The notes under the pieces are model-generated. The model was not told the origin of the DNA. It did not search any database and worked only from the letters and a program-made list of their open reading frames with translations. Made by a program: the position numbers and the translations under genes. This document shows positions 9,730 through 20,361 of a stretch of DNA of 64,000 nt, in pieces; position 1 is the stretch's first letter, and every line of letters begins with the position of its first letter. This DNA comes from Candidatus Aenigmatarchaeota archaeon. Its GTDB lineage: Archaea; Aenigmatarchaeota; Aenigmatarchaeia; CG10238-14; SpSt-28. Location of the stretch: assembly GCA_038733315.1 (NCBI GenBank), contig JAVYPJ010000001.1, positions 71,863 through 135,862 of the forward strand, read 5' to 3'.

Positions 9730-10602
9730 ATGGAAACGCAAGATTATTTCGAGGAATATAAAAAAAGATATAATAAACTTAAAGAAATTTCTGAAAAAGT
9801 TTGGGATTTTATAGATAAAAAAATTGAAAATGCTAATATTTTAAAACTTGCAGAAGAAATAGAGAATAAGATTATTGAGTTAGGAGCTAAACCAGCTTTC
9901 CCAGTAAATATTTCTATAAATGAAATAGCTGCCCATTTTACTCCAAATGAAAGCTTTACTATAGATTTGGAAAAAAATATGGTTAAAGTAGATTTTGGAA
10001 TTCATATAGATGGTTATATTTTTGATACAGCAAAAACTTATTGTAAAGGTATACATGAAGAAATAATAGAGGCTACAAAAAAAGCTTTTGAAGAAAGTTT
10101 AAAAGAGATAAAAGTAGGTAACAAAATTAATTCTCCGGGGAAAACTGTTGAAGAGATTGCTGCAGAATATAAATTAAAACCTGTTAGAAATTTAGGTGGT
10201 CATGGCTTAGGTTTTTATAAAATACATACTGAGCCAAATTTATTAAACACAAATTTCAATACTGATATAGAGTTTGAAGAAAAAATGGTAATTGCTTGGG
10301 AAGTTTTTATTAGCAATGGAAATGGTTATGTTAAAGATAGTTTTCCAGCACTAATTTTCGAAATTAAAAATATAGATAAAATAAATTTAATTAGAATTCC
10401 TGAAGCTAGAAAAGTAATTGAGTTTGCTTATAAAGAATTTAAAACTTTACCATTTACAAAAAGATGGTTGCCATTCAATAAAAACATTTTAGAATTTGCA
10501 ATAAACGAAGGAGTAAAATATAATATATTGCACGAATATCCAGTTTTAAAAGAGGTTAAAAACTCTTTTGTTGCTCAGTTCGAAACTACTATAATCCTAT
10601 AA
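9730..10602 (+). CDS. map: Methionine aminopeptidase type II
   Basis: AFPVNISINEIAAHFT, DFGIHIDGYIFDTA, NLGGH, YPVLKE, QFETT. Confidence 0.95.
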   Translation: METQDYFEEYKKRYNKLKEISEKVWDFIDKKIENANILKLAEEIENKIIELGAKPAFPVNISINEIAAHFTPNESFTIDLEKNMVKVDFGIHIDGYIFDTAKTYCKGIHEEIIEATKKAFEESLKEIKVGNKINSPGKTVEEIAAEYKLKPVRNLGGHGLGFYKIHTEPNLLNTNFNTDIEFEEKMVIAWEVFISNGNGYVKDSFPALIFEIKNIDKINLIRIPEARKVIEFAYKEFKTLPFTKRWLPFNKNILEFAINEGVKYNILHEYPVLKEVKNSFVAQFETTIIL

Positions 10603-11065
10603 TATTTTTTAACTTTTTTCTATACTTTCTTAACAATTTAAAAATTGCTAAAAAATATAAAGTAAAAGGTTGTAAAATGTTTTGAAAGTTTGAAAAAAAT
10701 AAATCATAACTTTTTTCAGAATATAAAAATAAGCCTATCTCGAAAAAAATTCGAAAAAAGTTTTGAAAATAAAATAAGAAAAAAAATAAAATTATAATCT
10801 TGAATTTCTTGTTTAAGGTAAGGAATGGAAGCATCATAAAAAAGGCAGATAGCTTTATGCAATCATCGGTTATTATAAACTCTATATTGTTTAAATATAT
10901 TGAGAAATTTTTCTGCTCTACATTATCAAAAAATAAAGATAAAAGAATTACCAATTTTTTAGCTATAAGCAATTGAAAAAACTCTAGATTTATAAAAAAA
11001 TCTATTAAAAAAACTAATAGAACTCCTATTGAAATAGAAGCTGCTATTTTAAATATTTCCTTCAT
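10589..11065 (-). CDS. Exosortase/archaeosortase-like membrane protein
   Basis: Multi-TM protein with IITDDC (Cys) and NFFRI (Asn..Arg) motifs. Confidence 0.55.
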   Translation of the reverse strand: MKEIFKIAASISIGVLLVFLIDFFINLEFFQLLIAKKLVILLSLFFDNVEQKNFSIYLNNIEFIITDDCIKLSAFFMMLPFLTLNKKFKIIILFFFLFYFQNFFRIFFEIGLFLYSEKSYDLFFSNFQNILQPFTLYFLAIFKLLRKYRKKLKNIIGL

Positions 11066-11993
11066 TTAAAATTTTTAAAATCCTTTCCTTCCATTTAGAT
11101 TTTAATACTTCTATATTTATTTTTCCTATTTCTTCATATTTTTCTATTTCATCAAAAATTAACTTAAAATTCCAAACGTTTTCTACGTTTTTACTAGTTA
11201 TAACATACTCAAATCCTAACTTCTCAATAATATAAAATTTTTCGACTTCGTTCGATATTAATACAATATCTTTTATATGCTCTTTTAAAATTTTTAAAAA
11301 TTGTTCATTAATTTCATTTAACTTAATATACGGAATTTCATTTTTTTCTATTTTCATTTTTAAAATTTTTATAACAGTTTTTAAAGTCTTATTTTCTATT
11401 TCTAAATCTTCGTTTTTTATTTCAACGTATTTAATTTTAACGCTTTCTTTACTAATTTTTTTAATCCTTTCAATCTGCTCCTTTATCTTTCTATTTTCTT
11501 CCTTAAGCTTTCTGATTTTATGAATTAATTTTTTTATAATTTCTTTATAATCTGTTTTTTCTATGGTTTTTTTAAGATTATTAGAATTTTTTTTCTCTTT
11601 TATTTTATTCAAATTATCAATTCTTTCTAATTTTTTCTTCCTCAAAAATTTTGCAGCAATAATTGCAGAAAATATAGCATCTCTTTCATGCCAATTTTTA
11701 TAAAAATATTTTTTTGTTAATTTCATCTTTTTTTCTTCTTTAACATCCTCTTTCGGATGAAAAACTTTAATACCTAAGGATTTTGCAATTTTTAAAACTT
11801 TTTTTGGTATTTTTGCAACATCGCAAGAGATTAACAATGGTTTACCGAATTTTATTATATCATCTATTATTTCACTTGTCTTATATTCTTTTTTGCTTTT
11901 TAAAAACAAAATATTTAGATTTTTATCTAATATGCATATAGCAGAAGTTGTTCCAACATCTATACCAACAACTATTTCATTGGTTATACTCAT
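11049..11993 (-). CDS. DUF460-family RNase H-like protein with coiled coil
   Basis: IVVGIDVGTT, PLLISCDV, HERDA. Confidence 0.8.
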   Translation of the reverse strand: MSITNEIVVGIDVGTTSAICILDKNLNILFLKSKKEYKTSEIIDDIIKFGKPLLISCDVAKIPKKVLKIAKSLGIKVFHPKEDVKEEKKMKLTKKYFYKNWHERDAIFSAIIAAKFLRKKKLERIDNLNKIKEKKNSNNLKKTIEKTDYKEIIKKLIHKIRKLKEENRKIKEQIERIKKISKESVKIKYVEIKNEDLEIENKTLKTVIKILKMKIEKNEIPYIKLNEINEQFLKILKEHIKDIVLISNEVEKFYIIEKLGFEYVITSKNVENVWNFKLIFDEIEKYEEIGKINIEVLKSKWKERILKILNEGNI

Positions 11994-12618
11994 AATTTAG
12001 AAGTTTAAAGATTTTATTTGCCTTTTTTTCGCCTAAAATACCTATTAACTCGTGCCTTTTTGCATTAACAAAGTTTTTTATAGATTTAAATCTTTTTAAA
12101 ATTTTTTCTGCAGTTTTATATGAAATTCCTGGAAAACTGATTAAAATAGAAAGTATTGCTTTATCCAATTCTTCCCTCTTTTTTCTTATTTTTGTTTTTG
12201 GTAAAACAAAAAATTGAGAGCCATATTTTTCACAAATTTTTGCTAAAATCTTTGCTGTCTCAAAAATATTTTCAGTAAAAATTATTGAAACGTTTGTCGA
12301 AGCTATTATTTTCGTTAACATTCCATAAAAAATCTCCTTCTGCTCTTCATTAAGTAAAAAACCTTCGAGTATAACAATATATTTTTTAAATTCCTTTTGA
12401 TTTTCTATTTGTTCAAAAATTCTTTTATCAAAAGTTGATTTCAAAAAATCTTGAGATGTTTTTCTTTCTATGGCTATATCTCCAATTATAAAATCTACAC
12501 TTAAATTCTCCTTTATTATGTGAATGTTTTTATAATTATTCTCTAAAATTTCTGTTAACTCCCTTTCTCTATAATCTGCTATTATAGTCGGTTTTTTAAT
12601 TAAAATTTTCTGCTTCAT
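11977..12618 (-). CDS. XPF/ERCC4 nuclease with HhH (Hef nuclease half)
   Basis: IIADYRE, VDFII..IERKT..DF, FPGIS HhH. Confidence 0.9.
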   Translation of the reverse strand: MKQKILIKKPTIIADYRERELTEILENNYKNIHIIKENLSVDFIIGDIAIERKTSQDFLKSTFDKRIFEQIENQKEFKKYIVILEGFLLNEEQKEIFYGMLTKIIASTNVSIIFTENIFETAKILAKICEKYGSQFFVLPKTKIRKKREELDKAILSILISFPGISYKTAEKILKRFKSIKNFVNAKRHELIGILGEKKANKIFKLLNYEYNQ

Positions 12619-14128
12619 TCGCTAACTCTTTTTTTATATCATAAATTATTTTTCTCATTCTTTTTTCTTTATGAAAAGCAGCCCAATAATAAGCTTCGTC
12701 TCTTGTATTTTTAGTTATTAGAATTATAACTTTTCCGTGCTCTTGCCTACCAACTCTTCCTCTTCGCTGGATTGCTCTTATTTCGCTTGGAACTGGTTCG
12801 TAAAAGATTGCGTAATCCGTTTTTGGTATATCTAAACCCTCTTCACCAACACTAGAACAAACTAAAACATTATAAATTCCGTTAGCAAAATCTTTAATAA
12901 CTTCAGCTTGCTCTTTTTGACTCATTCCATCATATTTATCTCTCTTAGCTTGTCCAACCAATTTCGTAATTTTTATTCCTTTATTTTTTAGCTCTTTATA
13001 AATGAATTCTACAGTAGCCCTATAATTTGCAAAAACAATAATCTTTACATTTGGATTCTTTTGAATTAAAAAGCTTATAATTTCTTCTAGCTTTTCTAAT
13101 TTTGGATGAGCTTGTGTTTTTTCTATAAACTCTTTAACTATACTTTCAGCAATTTTTATTCTTAAATCGCTAACTAACATTTTTTCATATATTTTTTTCG
13201 AGTTTTTTAATTTTTCTAAATAATCTAGAAAATATGTTGAGCTTTGAGTTTCCAATAATTCTAATAAATACTCAACTTTTATTAACTGAAGAAGCTTAAA
13301 CAGAATATTACTAAAAACTTTTTTATTTAACATTTCAGATTTTGCAACAAATTCTTCATAAATTTTTATCATTTCTTTTTTTGATATTTCAGTTGTGTTT
13401 AAAATTCCTAAATTAATTAAATCTTTTATTAAATCCCTTCTAACTTTTTCTATTTCTTCTATTGCTCTTTTAATTTCTTTTGGCAATTCCACTTCAACAA
13501 AAATCTTTTCTATTTTTTTTATGTATGGTTTTATATCTCTATCGTATTCGCTTCTTATTTCTATATATTCTATTTTTAAATGATTTTTTATTTCTTCTAT
13601 CCTTTCCTTTTCACTTCCTGGAGATGCAGTTAATGCCAAAATAAGTGGATACTTAGATTGCTCTAAATATTTTTTTGCAATATAAGTATAAGAATATTCC
13701 TTTACACATCTATGGGCTTCATCAAAAACAACTAGACTAAAATCGTTTAAAGTAAGAATCCCTTGCTCTAAATCGTTTTGAATTGTTTGTGGAGTTGCTA
13801 CAATTATTTTAGCGTATTTATATAAAAACTTTCTATCCTCTTTTGAAATTTTTCCGGTAATATCTACTATTCTTGATTTATCTATTTTAAAAAGTTTTCT
13901 AAATGTATTTGCATGCTGCAAAACTAATGGTCTTGTTGGTGCAAGAATTAAAACTCTGCTATCTGGAAATTTCATTAATCTATTGGATGCAACTATTATT
14001 GCAATAATTGTTTTTCCAGTTCCGGTTGGTAGAATAACTAAGGTATTTCCTTTTATTGCTGTATTTGCTATATTTATTTGATATTCTCTTAATTCTATTA
14101 ATTCATTTCTTAATAATTCGGATACCAT
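12596..14128 (-). CDS. hef: Hef/FANCM-like DEAH helicase
   Basis: REYQ, PTGTGKT, DEAH, LTASPG, EEGLDIP, QRRGRVGR. Confidence 0.92.
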   Translation of the reverse strand: MVSELLRNELIELREYQINIANTAIKGNTLVILPTGTGKTIIAIIVASNRLMKFPDSRVLILAPTRPLVLQHANTFRKLFKIDKSRIVDITGKISKEDRKFLYKYAKIIVATPQTIQNDLEQGILTLNDFSLVVFDEAHRCVKEYSYTYIAKKYLEQSKYPLILALTASPGSEKERIEEIKNHLKIEYIEIRSEYDRDIKPYIKKIEKIFVEVELPKEIKRAIEEIEKVRRDLIKDLINLGILNTTEISKKEMIKIYEEFVAKSEMLNKKVFSNILFKLLQLIKVEYLLELLETQSSTYFLDYLEKLKNSKKIYEKMLVSDLRIKIAESIVKEFIEKTQAHPKLEKLEEIISFLIQKNPNVKIIVFANYRATVEFIYKELKNKGIKITKLVGQAKRDKYDGMSQKEQAEVIKDFANGIYNVLVCSSVGEEGLDIPKTDYAIFYEPVPSEIRAIQRRGRVGRQEHGKVIILITKNTRDEAYYWAAFHKEKRMRKIIYDIKKELANEAENFN

Positions 14129-14135
14129 TAAATTA

Positions 14136-15152
14136 TTAAATTTTTACTAAATTAATTGGATTTCCTTTAAGAAAGCTAAATATGTTTTGTAAAGTAGTTT
14201 GTCTTATTTCTTCTATTGCTTCTACAGAATTAAATGCATTGTGAGGTGTTATAATAATGTTTTTTTCTTTATCTTCCATCTCTATTAAAATGTGGTTTGC
14301 AACTAAACTTTCTAAGCTATCCTTTTCTAATTTATTTTTAACTAATAATTCTATTTCCTCTTTTATAAGTGCCTCTCCTTCCAAAACATCTAAGCCCGCT
14401 GCTTTAACTTTTCCGTTTTTTATGTTATTTATTAAAGCTTTTGTATCGATTAGCGCACCTCTTGCAGTATTAATTATTATTACTCCATCTTTCATTTTTT
14501 TAAAAGACTCTTCGTTAATAAGATGATAGTTTTCTTTTGTTAAATTCGCATGCAAAGTAATTATATCTGAATTTTTAAGCAAAGTTTCTAAATCTACATA
14601 TTCAAATCCAATTCTTTTTGCTTCCTCATAATTTGGAAAAATGTCGTAAGCTATTACTTTCATTCCAAAGGCCTTTGCTATTTCCGCTACTCTTCTGCCT
14701 ATTTTTCCAGCACCTATAATTCCTAGAGTTTTTCCTTTTAACTCAAATCCTCTCAAATTTTCCAAATTAAAATCTCCTTTTCTTGTTCTCTCAAAACTTT
14801 CTATTATTTTTCTTGAAATTGCTAATAATAAAGCAAAAGTATGTTCAGCAACAGTTTCTACTCCATAAGATGGAACATTAGATACTAAAATGTTTCTTTC
14901 TTTGCATACATTTAAATCTATGTGATCGTATCCAGTGCTTCTTGTACAAATGAATTTAAGTTTTTTAGCATTCTTTAAAACTTTTTCATTTATTTTCGAA
15001 TGAATAAACACACTAATTATATCACTCTCAGCTATTAATTCGCTCCTTTCTTCATTAAGCGGAAAATCGTAAAACTCTAATTCAAAATCTTTTATGTTAT
15101 TTTTAAAAAAATGAATATCTTCTTCGTTTACTTCAAAAAATGTTATTTTCAT
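14136..15152 (-). CDS. D-2-hydroxyacid dehydrogenase (D-lactate dehydrogenase-like)
   Basis: TRSTGYDHID, GAGKIG, INTARG, LDVLEGE, TPHNAF. Confidence 0.9.
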   Translation of the reverse strand: MKITFFEVNEEDIHFFKNNIKDFELEFYDFPLNEERSELIAESDIISVFIHSKINEKVLKNAKKLKFICTRSTGYDHIDLNVCKERNILVSNVPSYGVETVAEHTFALLLAISRKIIESFERTRKGDFNLENLRGFELKGKTLGIIGAGKIGRRVAEIAKAFGMKVIAYDIFPNYEEAKRIGFEYVDLETLLKNSDIITLHANLTKENYHLINEESFKKMKDGVIIINTARGALIDTKALINNIKNGKVKAAGLDVLEGEALIKEEIELLVKNKLEKDSLESLVANHILIEMEDKEKNIIITPHNAFNSVEAIEEIRQTTLQNIFSFLKGNPINLVKI

Positions 15153-15155
15153 AAC

Positions 15156-15755
15156 TTAATTACATTTAGTATAGCCACAGTCTGGATTTATGCATGTAAA
15201 GCAGCCTTCTTCGCTTTTTAAAGTTTTCATTCCGCATTTTGGACATATTTGAAATTTGGTTATTTCTTCGAAATGAATTTCATCATCTTTTTTTAATTTC
15301 TCCTCTTTTTTTATAATTCCTGCTTCTATAAAAAATTCTTCTAAGATTTCTGCTAATTCCCCATAAAAAGATGCTATGTATTTTCCGTTTTTAAAATATC
15401 CTATGCCATTCGGATCGTAAATGCTTCGAAGTTCTTCTAATATAAAGCTAACATCTTCACTTCTTCTAAATATTGCTGAAAGTAATCTCGTTAGCATTGT
15501 AAATTCAGCAGCTTTTGTTAAATCTTTCGAATTTAAAAATATTTCGAATGGTCTTATTTTTCCATCTGGTTTTTTAATGTAGCCTATGGTAACAAAAATG
15601 CTATGTTTCGCAAACTTACTTTTTAGTTTATAAACCTTAGCATCTATAACGTTTGGTCTCTCTGTTGGCACATTTTGTATACTTTCTTTTAAAGCGCTTT
15701 TATCTTCGACTTCTTTAATCTCTTTTATATTTTTAATTTTTGTTAAGATAATCAT
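15156..15755 (-). CDS. Class II ribonucleotide reductase C-terminal chain (NrdJb/TSCPD-like)
   Basis: RPFEIF; CPKC..EEGCFTC..CGYTKC C-terminus; coupled to nrdJ. Confidence 0.85.
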   Translation of the reverse strand: MIILTKIKNIKEIKEVEDKSALKESIQNVPTERPNVIDAKVYKLKSKFAKHSIFVTIGYIKKPDGKIRPFEIFLNSKDLTKAAEFTMLTRLLSAIFRRSEDVSFILEELRSIYDPNGIGYFKNGKYIASFYGELAEILEEFFIEAGIIKKEEKLKKDDEIHFEEITKFQICPKCGMKTLKSEEGCFTCINPDCGYTKCN

Positions 15756-18277
15756 AATATTTTTATATTTCCCTCCTTAATTAAATGATATATTGTTGTC
15801 ATTCTATTGTTTATTATTATTATATCATCGCCCTTAACTTTATATTTTTTACCATTTTCATCTTCTATCTCAAAAGTTTTTGAAGCTATTTTCTCAAAAT
15901 CGCTTTTGTCTTTCATTTCCATTAATATAGGAAATCTGCTCCCTTCTCTATAAATTGTTACACCCTTCAAACCTTTTTTCCAAGCATAAATGTATAAATC
16001 AGAAATTATCTCTGGATGAATATCTTCTGGTAAATTAATTGTGCTTGAAATGCTATGATCAATGTATTTTTGAGCTATTGCTTGGATTTCAACTCTTTTA
16101 AATGGATCTATAGTATGTGCCGTTTTAAAGAAGCATTTTGGTAAAACATTTTTTAACTCATTTAAATTCATATCTTGAATTTTTTCACTTAAATTATTCA
16201 TATCTATGTATGCTTGGATTGTTGAATGGAAAATCCTAAACATTTTATTCCTTTCAAAACTTTCTGTTCTTCTAAAGTAATATACTGCAAATATTGGTTC
16301 TATTCCGCCACTAACACCTATATAAATTTTACCATTAAATTGAATGCTCTTTACTATATTAGAAATGCTTCCTGTTGGAGCTATACTTAGCAATGCTAAA
16401 TTCCTTATACCATACTTTAATATAATTTTTCTTGTTTTTTCAGATAGCGCTTCTTTTGCAAAAGGATTTTGTAAGTATTTTTCATAATCTATCTCTAATT
16501 TCCCTTTTTCCCTTGCCAAAAAAGCGCTTGTTATATATGCTTGATTTGATATAAATCTCATAACTTTCTCTAAAACTCTTTGAGCTTCTTCGCTATCATA
16601 TTCTAATAACAATTGCAAAAACATATCAGCAATACCCATTACACCTAAGCCTATTCTTCTAGTTTTTTTAGAAGCTTCTCTTTGTTTTTCTAATGGATGT
16701 AATAAAATGTTCCACTCGATAACATTATCTAAAAACCTAATTGCATGCCTAACTACTCTTTTTAGCAAATGAAAATCAATTTTTGCGTCGCTAGTAAACG
16801 GATATAAAACGAATCTCGATAAATTTATAGATCCTAAGTTGCAAGCGCCACCATCTTCGAGTGGAACTTCGCTGCATGGATTTGTAGTTACTATTGGAAA
16901 GCCTACATAATCGCTTGGACTATATTTTTTCATTCTATTCCAAAACATTATTCCAGGCTCTGCACTTCTGTAATTACTCTCAATAAATTTATTCCAAATA
17001 TCTCTTGCTTTTATTAGTCGAGAAATTCTACCGCTTTCTTCATTTTCGAAATATAACAAGAAATCTCCAGCCTGTCTTATAGCTATGTCATAATTTTTAT
17101 CTTTTAATTCTACTACATAATCTCCAAATATGTCTCTGTTATTAACATCTCTAAAATCTTCTTCTGATAATTCAATTCCATAAGTTTCTTTTAAAAAGTT
17201 TTTAAGTTCTTCAAAACTTTCAAAAACCTTTTCTAAGGAATATTTTTCTAAATCTTTGCTAGGCATTCCTAAGGAATAATTTAAGTCTTTAACGTTTTTA
17301 ACACTTTTTATTATACCTTTATAATTTTTTCTGTAAACCAAAAATTTGTTTTCGTATTTATTTTGCTCTTCTAATGCATGCATAAACTCGTCGCTAACTT
17401 TAATGCTTATGTTTGCAAATCTAACTTGAGTGTTTTCTGTTATTTTCTTTTCTATTTCTTTTAATTCATTTTCTGTAAATTTACCAGAAAATCTTAACTC
17501 TTCTATAATTTGAGAAGTTATCCAGTTTGGAATATGTTTTATATCAATAAAATCAAAAATATCTGGATGTTTTATGTCTATGGTTAAAATAAGTGCACCT
17601 CTTCTACCTTCTTGACCTATTAATCCGGTAGTTAATGAATATAATTCCATAAAGCTTACACTTCCTGTAGATTTTATTGCAGCGTTATGAACTATTGAAT
17701 CCTTAGGCCTTAAAACACTAATGTCTATTCCTATTCCTCCTCCATAAGAATATGTTCTAGCAGCTTCGTATGCAGCTTTATATATAGCTTCTAAGCTATC
17801 ATTTTCTATCATAGTCACAAAACAATTTGCTAACGTTTTAACTCTTAATAAATCTCCTGCACCAGCTAAAACTCTACCTGCTGGCATGAAATAGCCTTCG
17901 TACATTAGATTATAAAAAATCCTTGCGTATTTAATTGCTTTTTCTTCACTCTCTTCTACAGAAGAAACAAAGGCTGCAACTCTTATGAAAAGATGTTCTG
18001 GCCTTTCTTCTATTAAACTTCCATCTAAATCTTTTAGATAGTATTTATTTTTATAAATATTCTGAGCTAACTCACTATTAGCTAAATAGTTCGGATTAGA
18101 AGGTAAAAAACCTTTATCATACATTTCTAAAAGCTTAAAATATATTTTTTTATACTTTTCTATCCTTTCTTTTCCTAGAATTTTTAGCAGTTTTTGAGAA
18201 GGATTCTCAAAAATTTTTATAATCTTTTTTGCTAATCTTATGCTATCTTCTTTTTTTAAAGTTTTAAGAACTTCCAT
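15752..18277 (-). CDS. nrdJ: Adenosylcobalamin-dependent ribonucleotide reductase, catalytic chain
   Basis: LANCFV, RRGA, AEPG, TNPCSE, CNLGSINL, IAPTGS, SISSTIN, KGVTIYR. Confidence 0.93.
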   Translation of the reverse strand: MEVLKTLKKEDSIRLAKKIIKIFENPSQKLLKILGKERIEKYKKIYFKLLEMYDKGFLPSNPNYLANSELAQNIYKNKYYLKDLDGSLIEERPEHLFIRVAAFVSSVEESEEKAIKYARIFYNLMYEGYFMPAGRVLAGAGDLLRVKTLANCFVTMIENDSLEAIYKAAYEAARTYSYGGGIGIDISVLRPKDSIVHNAAIKSTGSVSFMELYSLTTGLIGQEGRRGALILTIDIKHPDIFDFIDIKHIPNWITSQIIEELRFSGKFTENELKEIEKKITENTQVRFANISIKVSDEFMHALEEQNKYENKFLVYRKNYKGIIKSVKNVKDLNYSLGMPSKDLEKYSLEKVFESFEELKNFLKETYGIELSEEDFRDVNNRDIFGDYVVELKDKNYDIAIRQAGDFLLYFENEESGRISRLIKARDIWNKFIESNYRSAEPGIMFWNRMKKYSPSDYVGFPIVTTNPCSEVPLEDGGACNLGSINLSRFVLYPFTSDAKIDFHLLKRVVRHAIRFLDNVIEWNILLHPLEKQREASKKTRRIGLGVMGIADMFLQLLLEYDSEEAQRVLEKVMRFISNQAYITSAFLAREKGKLEIDYEKYLQNPFAKEALSEKTRKIILKYGIRNLALLSIAPTGSISNIVKSIQFNGKIYIGVSGGIEPIFAVYYFRRTESFERNKMFRIFHSTIQAYIDMNNLSEKIQDMNLNELKNVLPKCFFKTAHTIDPFKRVEIQAIAQKYIDHSISSTINLPEDIHPEIISDLYIYAWKKGLKGVTIYREGSRFPILMEMKDKSDFEKIASKTFEIEDENGKKYKVKGDDIIIINNRMTTIYHLIKEGNIKIL

Positions 18278-18351
18278 AGTAGAATATTAAATAGAAAGTT
18301 TTTTATAAATTTCTATAATCTTTCAAATAAAAATAATAAAATAGAATTATT

Positions 18352-19332
18352 ATGGGTAGCGAATTCGTAGTTTGGGCAGAAAAATATAGGCCAAATAAAA
18401 TAGATGATTTAATAAATCAGGAGCATGTGAAAGAAAGAGTAAAAATGTTTTTAAAAGAAAAAAATTTGCCACATATGTTATTTGCAGGTCCACCTGGAAC
18501 TGGAAAAACTACGTTAGCTTTAATAATTGCTAAGGAATTATATGGAGAAAATTGGAAAGCAAATGTTTTAGAATTAAATGCTTCTGATGAAAGGGGAATA
18601 GATGTTATTAGAGGAAAAGTAAAAGAATTTGCGAGAACAAAAGCTATTGGAGATGTTCCTTTCAAAATAATTATAATGGACGAAGCAGATGCATTAACTC
18701 AAGAAGCTCAGCAAGCATTAAGAAGAACTATGGAAGATTTTTCCTCAATTACAAGATTTATATTATGCTGCAATTATTCTTCTAAAATTATTGAACCTAT
18801 ACAATCTAGATGTGCTGTATTTAGATTTAAAGCTTTGCCAGAGAAGGCTCAAAAAGAGTTTATAGATAGAATTGTTAAAGGAGAAAAAATAGAAATAGAT
18901 GAAAAGGCAATAGAAGCTATAATTAATATTGCTGAAGGTGATTTAAGAAAAGTTGCAAATTTACTACAAGCAGCTGCATCTATAACTAAAAAAATTACTG
19001 CAGATGTTATCTATGAAGTTGCATCTCTAGCTAAACCAAAAGAAATTGAAGAAATGTTAAATTTAGCTTTAAGCGGTATTACAGAAAATTTTCAGAAAGC
19101 TAGAGAAAAGCTAATCAACTTTATAATAAAAGAGGGTTTGGCTGGAGAAGATTTAATAAAAGAAATTTATAGACAAGCTTTAAAATTAAATGTTCCTGAT
19201 GAGAAAAAAATTGAGATAATAGAGAAAATAGGTGAATATGAGTTTAGGATTAGTGAAGGTGGAGATGCTCTAATTCAATTAACAGCGTTATTAGCTCAGA
19301 TAGCTCTTATAGGAAAGTCTGTTAAAAAATGA
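18352..19332 (+). CDS. rfcS: Replication factor C small subunit
   Basis: [31 protein letters not shown]. Confidence 0.96.
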   Translation: MGSEFVVWAEKYRPNKIDDLINQEHVKERVKMFLKEKNLPHMLFAGPPGTGKTTLALIIAKELYGENWKANVLELNASDERGIDVIRGKVKEFARTKAIGDVPFKIIIMDEADALTQEAQQALRRTMEDFSSITRFILCCNYSSKIIEPIQSRCAVFRFKALPEKAQKEFIDRIVKGEKIEIDEKAIEAIINIAEGDLRKVANLLQAAASITKKITADVIYEVASLAKPKEIEEMLNLALSGITENFQKAREKLINFIIKEGLAGEDLIKEIYRQALKLNVPDEKKIEIIEKIGEYEFRISEGGDALIQLTALLAQIALIGKSVKK

Positions 19333-19529
19333 TTGATAAAGAGTTGTTAGAAATTTTGGCTTGCCCAAAATGTAAAGGAGATTTAGAGTTAAAAAATATG
19401 TTTTTAGTTTGTAATAATTGTAAGCTTGCCTTTCCTATTTTAGATGATGTTCCAGATTTACTTTTAGAAGATGCTTGGAAATTAGAGGATGCTGAAAAAA
19501 ATGATTTTAAGCATGATTTACATCTTTAG
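19329..19529 (+). CDS. trm112: Trm112-family protein
   Basis: [12 protein letters not shown]...C..C..FPI.D.VPDLL. Confidence 0.88.
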   Translation: MIDKELLEILACPKCKGDLELKNMFLVCNNCKLAFPILDDVPDLLLEDAWKLEDAEKNDFKHDLHL

Positions 19530-20324
19530 TTAAAAAACTAAGCTACTCTGAGCTTTCTTAAACAAATTTCTAGCCTTTTCATAAATTTTCATATCGTTAA
19601 TCGGTAGCCATATGTCGTGAGAAACAAACATGCTATATAGTTTTTTCTCTTTTGATAGCATTGGCAATATTATTTCTTCAAATTCTATAGCTTTTGGCTC
19701 TTCCAAATCTATGTAATCATCTATCATATCAGTAACTTCTTTTTCTAATAAATACATTCCTATGGAAACGAAAACATTCATTAAAGGCTTCTCAACAAAA
19801 TCTACAACAAAATTATTCTCAACTTTTGCTACTCCAAACGGAAATTCTGAACCATTAGTCAATACTATTGTTCCCAATATTCCATACCTTCTGTTTGCTT
19901 CTAAATGAGTTAATAGAAGTTTTATTGGTAAGAAATTATCTAATTTTAAATCATCTGGAAATGTTATTATTATTCTCTCTCTTTTTAAAACTCCTGTTTC
20001 AAAAGCATATTTTAATGCCTTCCCTTTCCCCCAATTATCTGTTTTTGGGTCTATTGAGATTTCGTAGTTTATTTTTTCTTTATATTTTTTATTTTCTATG
20101 TGCTCTATTATTTGGTCTGCATATTTTCCTAAGATAAATACAAAGTTTTTGAATCCACAATTAAAATAAAATTCTATTTCTCTGTCTAAAAGCGTATAGC
20201 CATCGCTAAGTTCTAAGAGAGCTTTTGGTTTATCTATATTCATTCTTTTACCACTTCCACCAGCCATTATAACAACTCTTATTTTCCTTATTTCACTATC
20301 TATTTCTTTAAATGCCGTTACCAT
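19530..20324 (-). CDS. Sugar-phosphate nucleotidyltransferase
   Basis: MAGGSGKRM..PKAL; FVEKP. Confidence 0.85.
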   Translation of the reverse strand: MVTAFKEIDSEIRKIRVVIMAGGSGKRMNIDKPKALLELSDGYTLLDREIEFYFNCGFKNFVFILGKYADQIIEHIENKKYKEKINYEISIDPKTDNWGKGKALKYAFETGVLKRERIIITFPDDLKLDNFLPIKLLLTHLEANRRYGILGTIVLTNGSEFPFGVAKVENNFVVDFVEKPLMNVFVSIGMYLLEKEVTDMIDDYIDLEEPKAIEFEEIILPMLSKEKKLYSMFVSHDIWLPINDMKIYEKARNLFKKAQSSLVF

Positions 20325-20361
20325 ATTATTAAAATATATATTTTAGACTTTATTTTATTTA

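Noticed and set aside
17050..17370. Intein in nrdJ (also considered for polB, rfc, cdc48, hef, topA)
   Set aside because: No Cys/Ser start with His-Asn end and no LAGLIDADG motifs.
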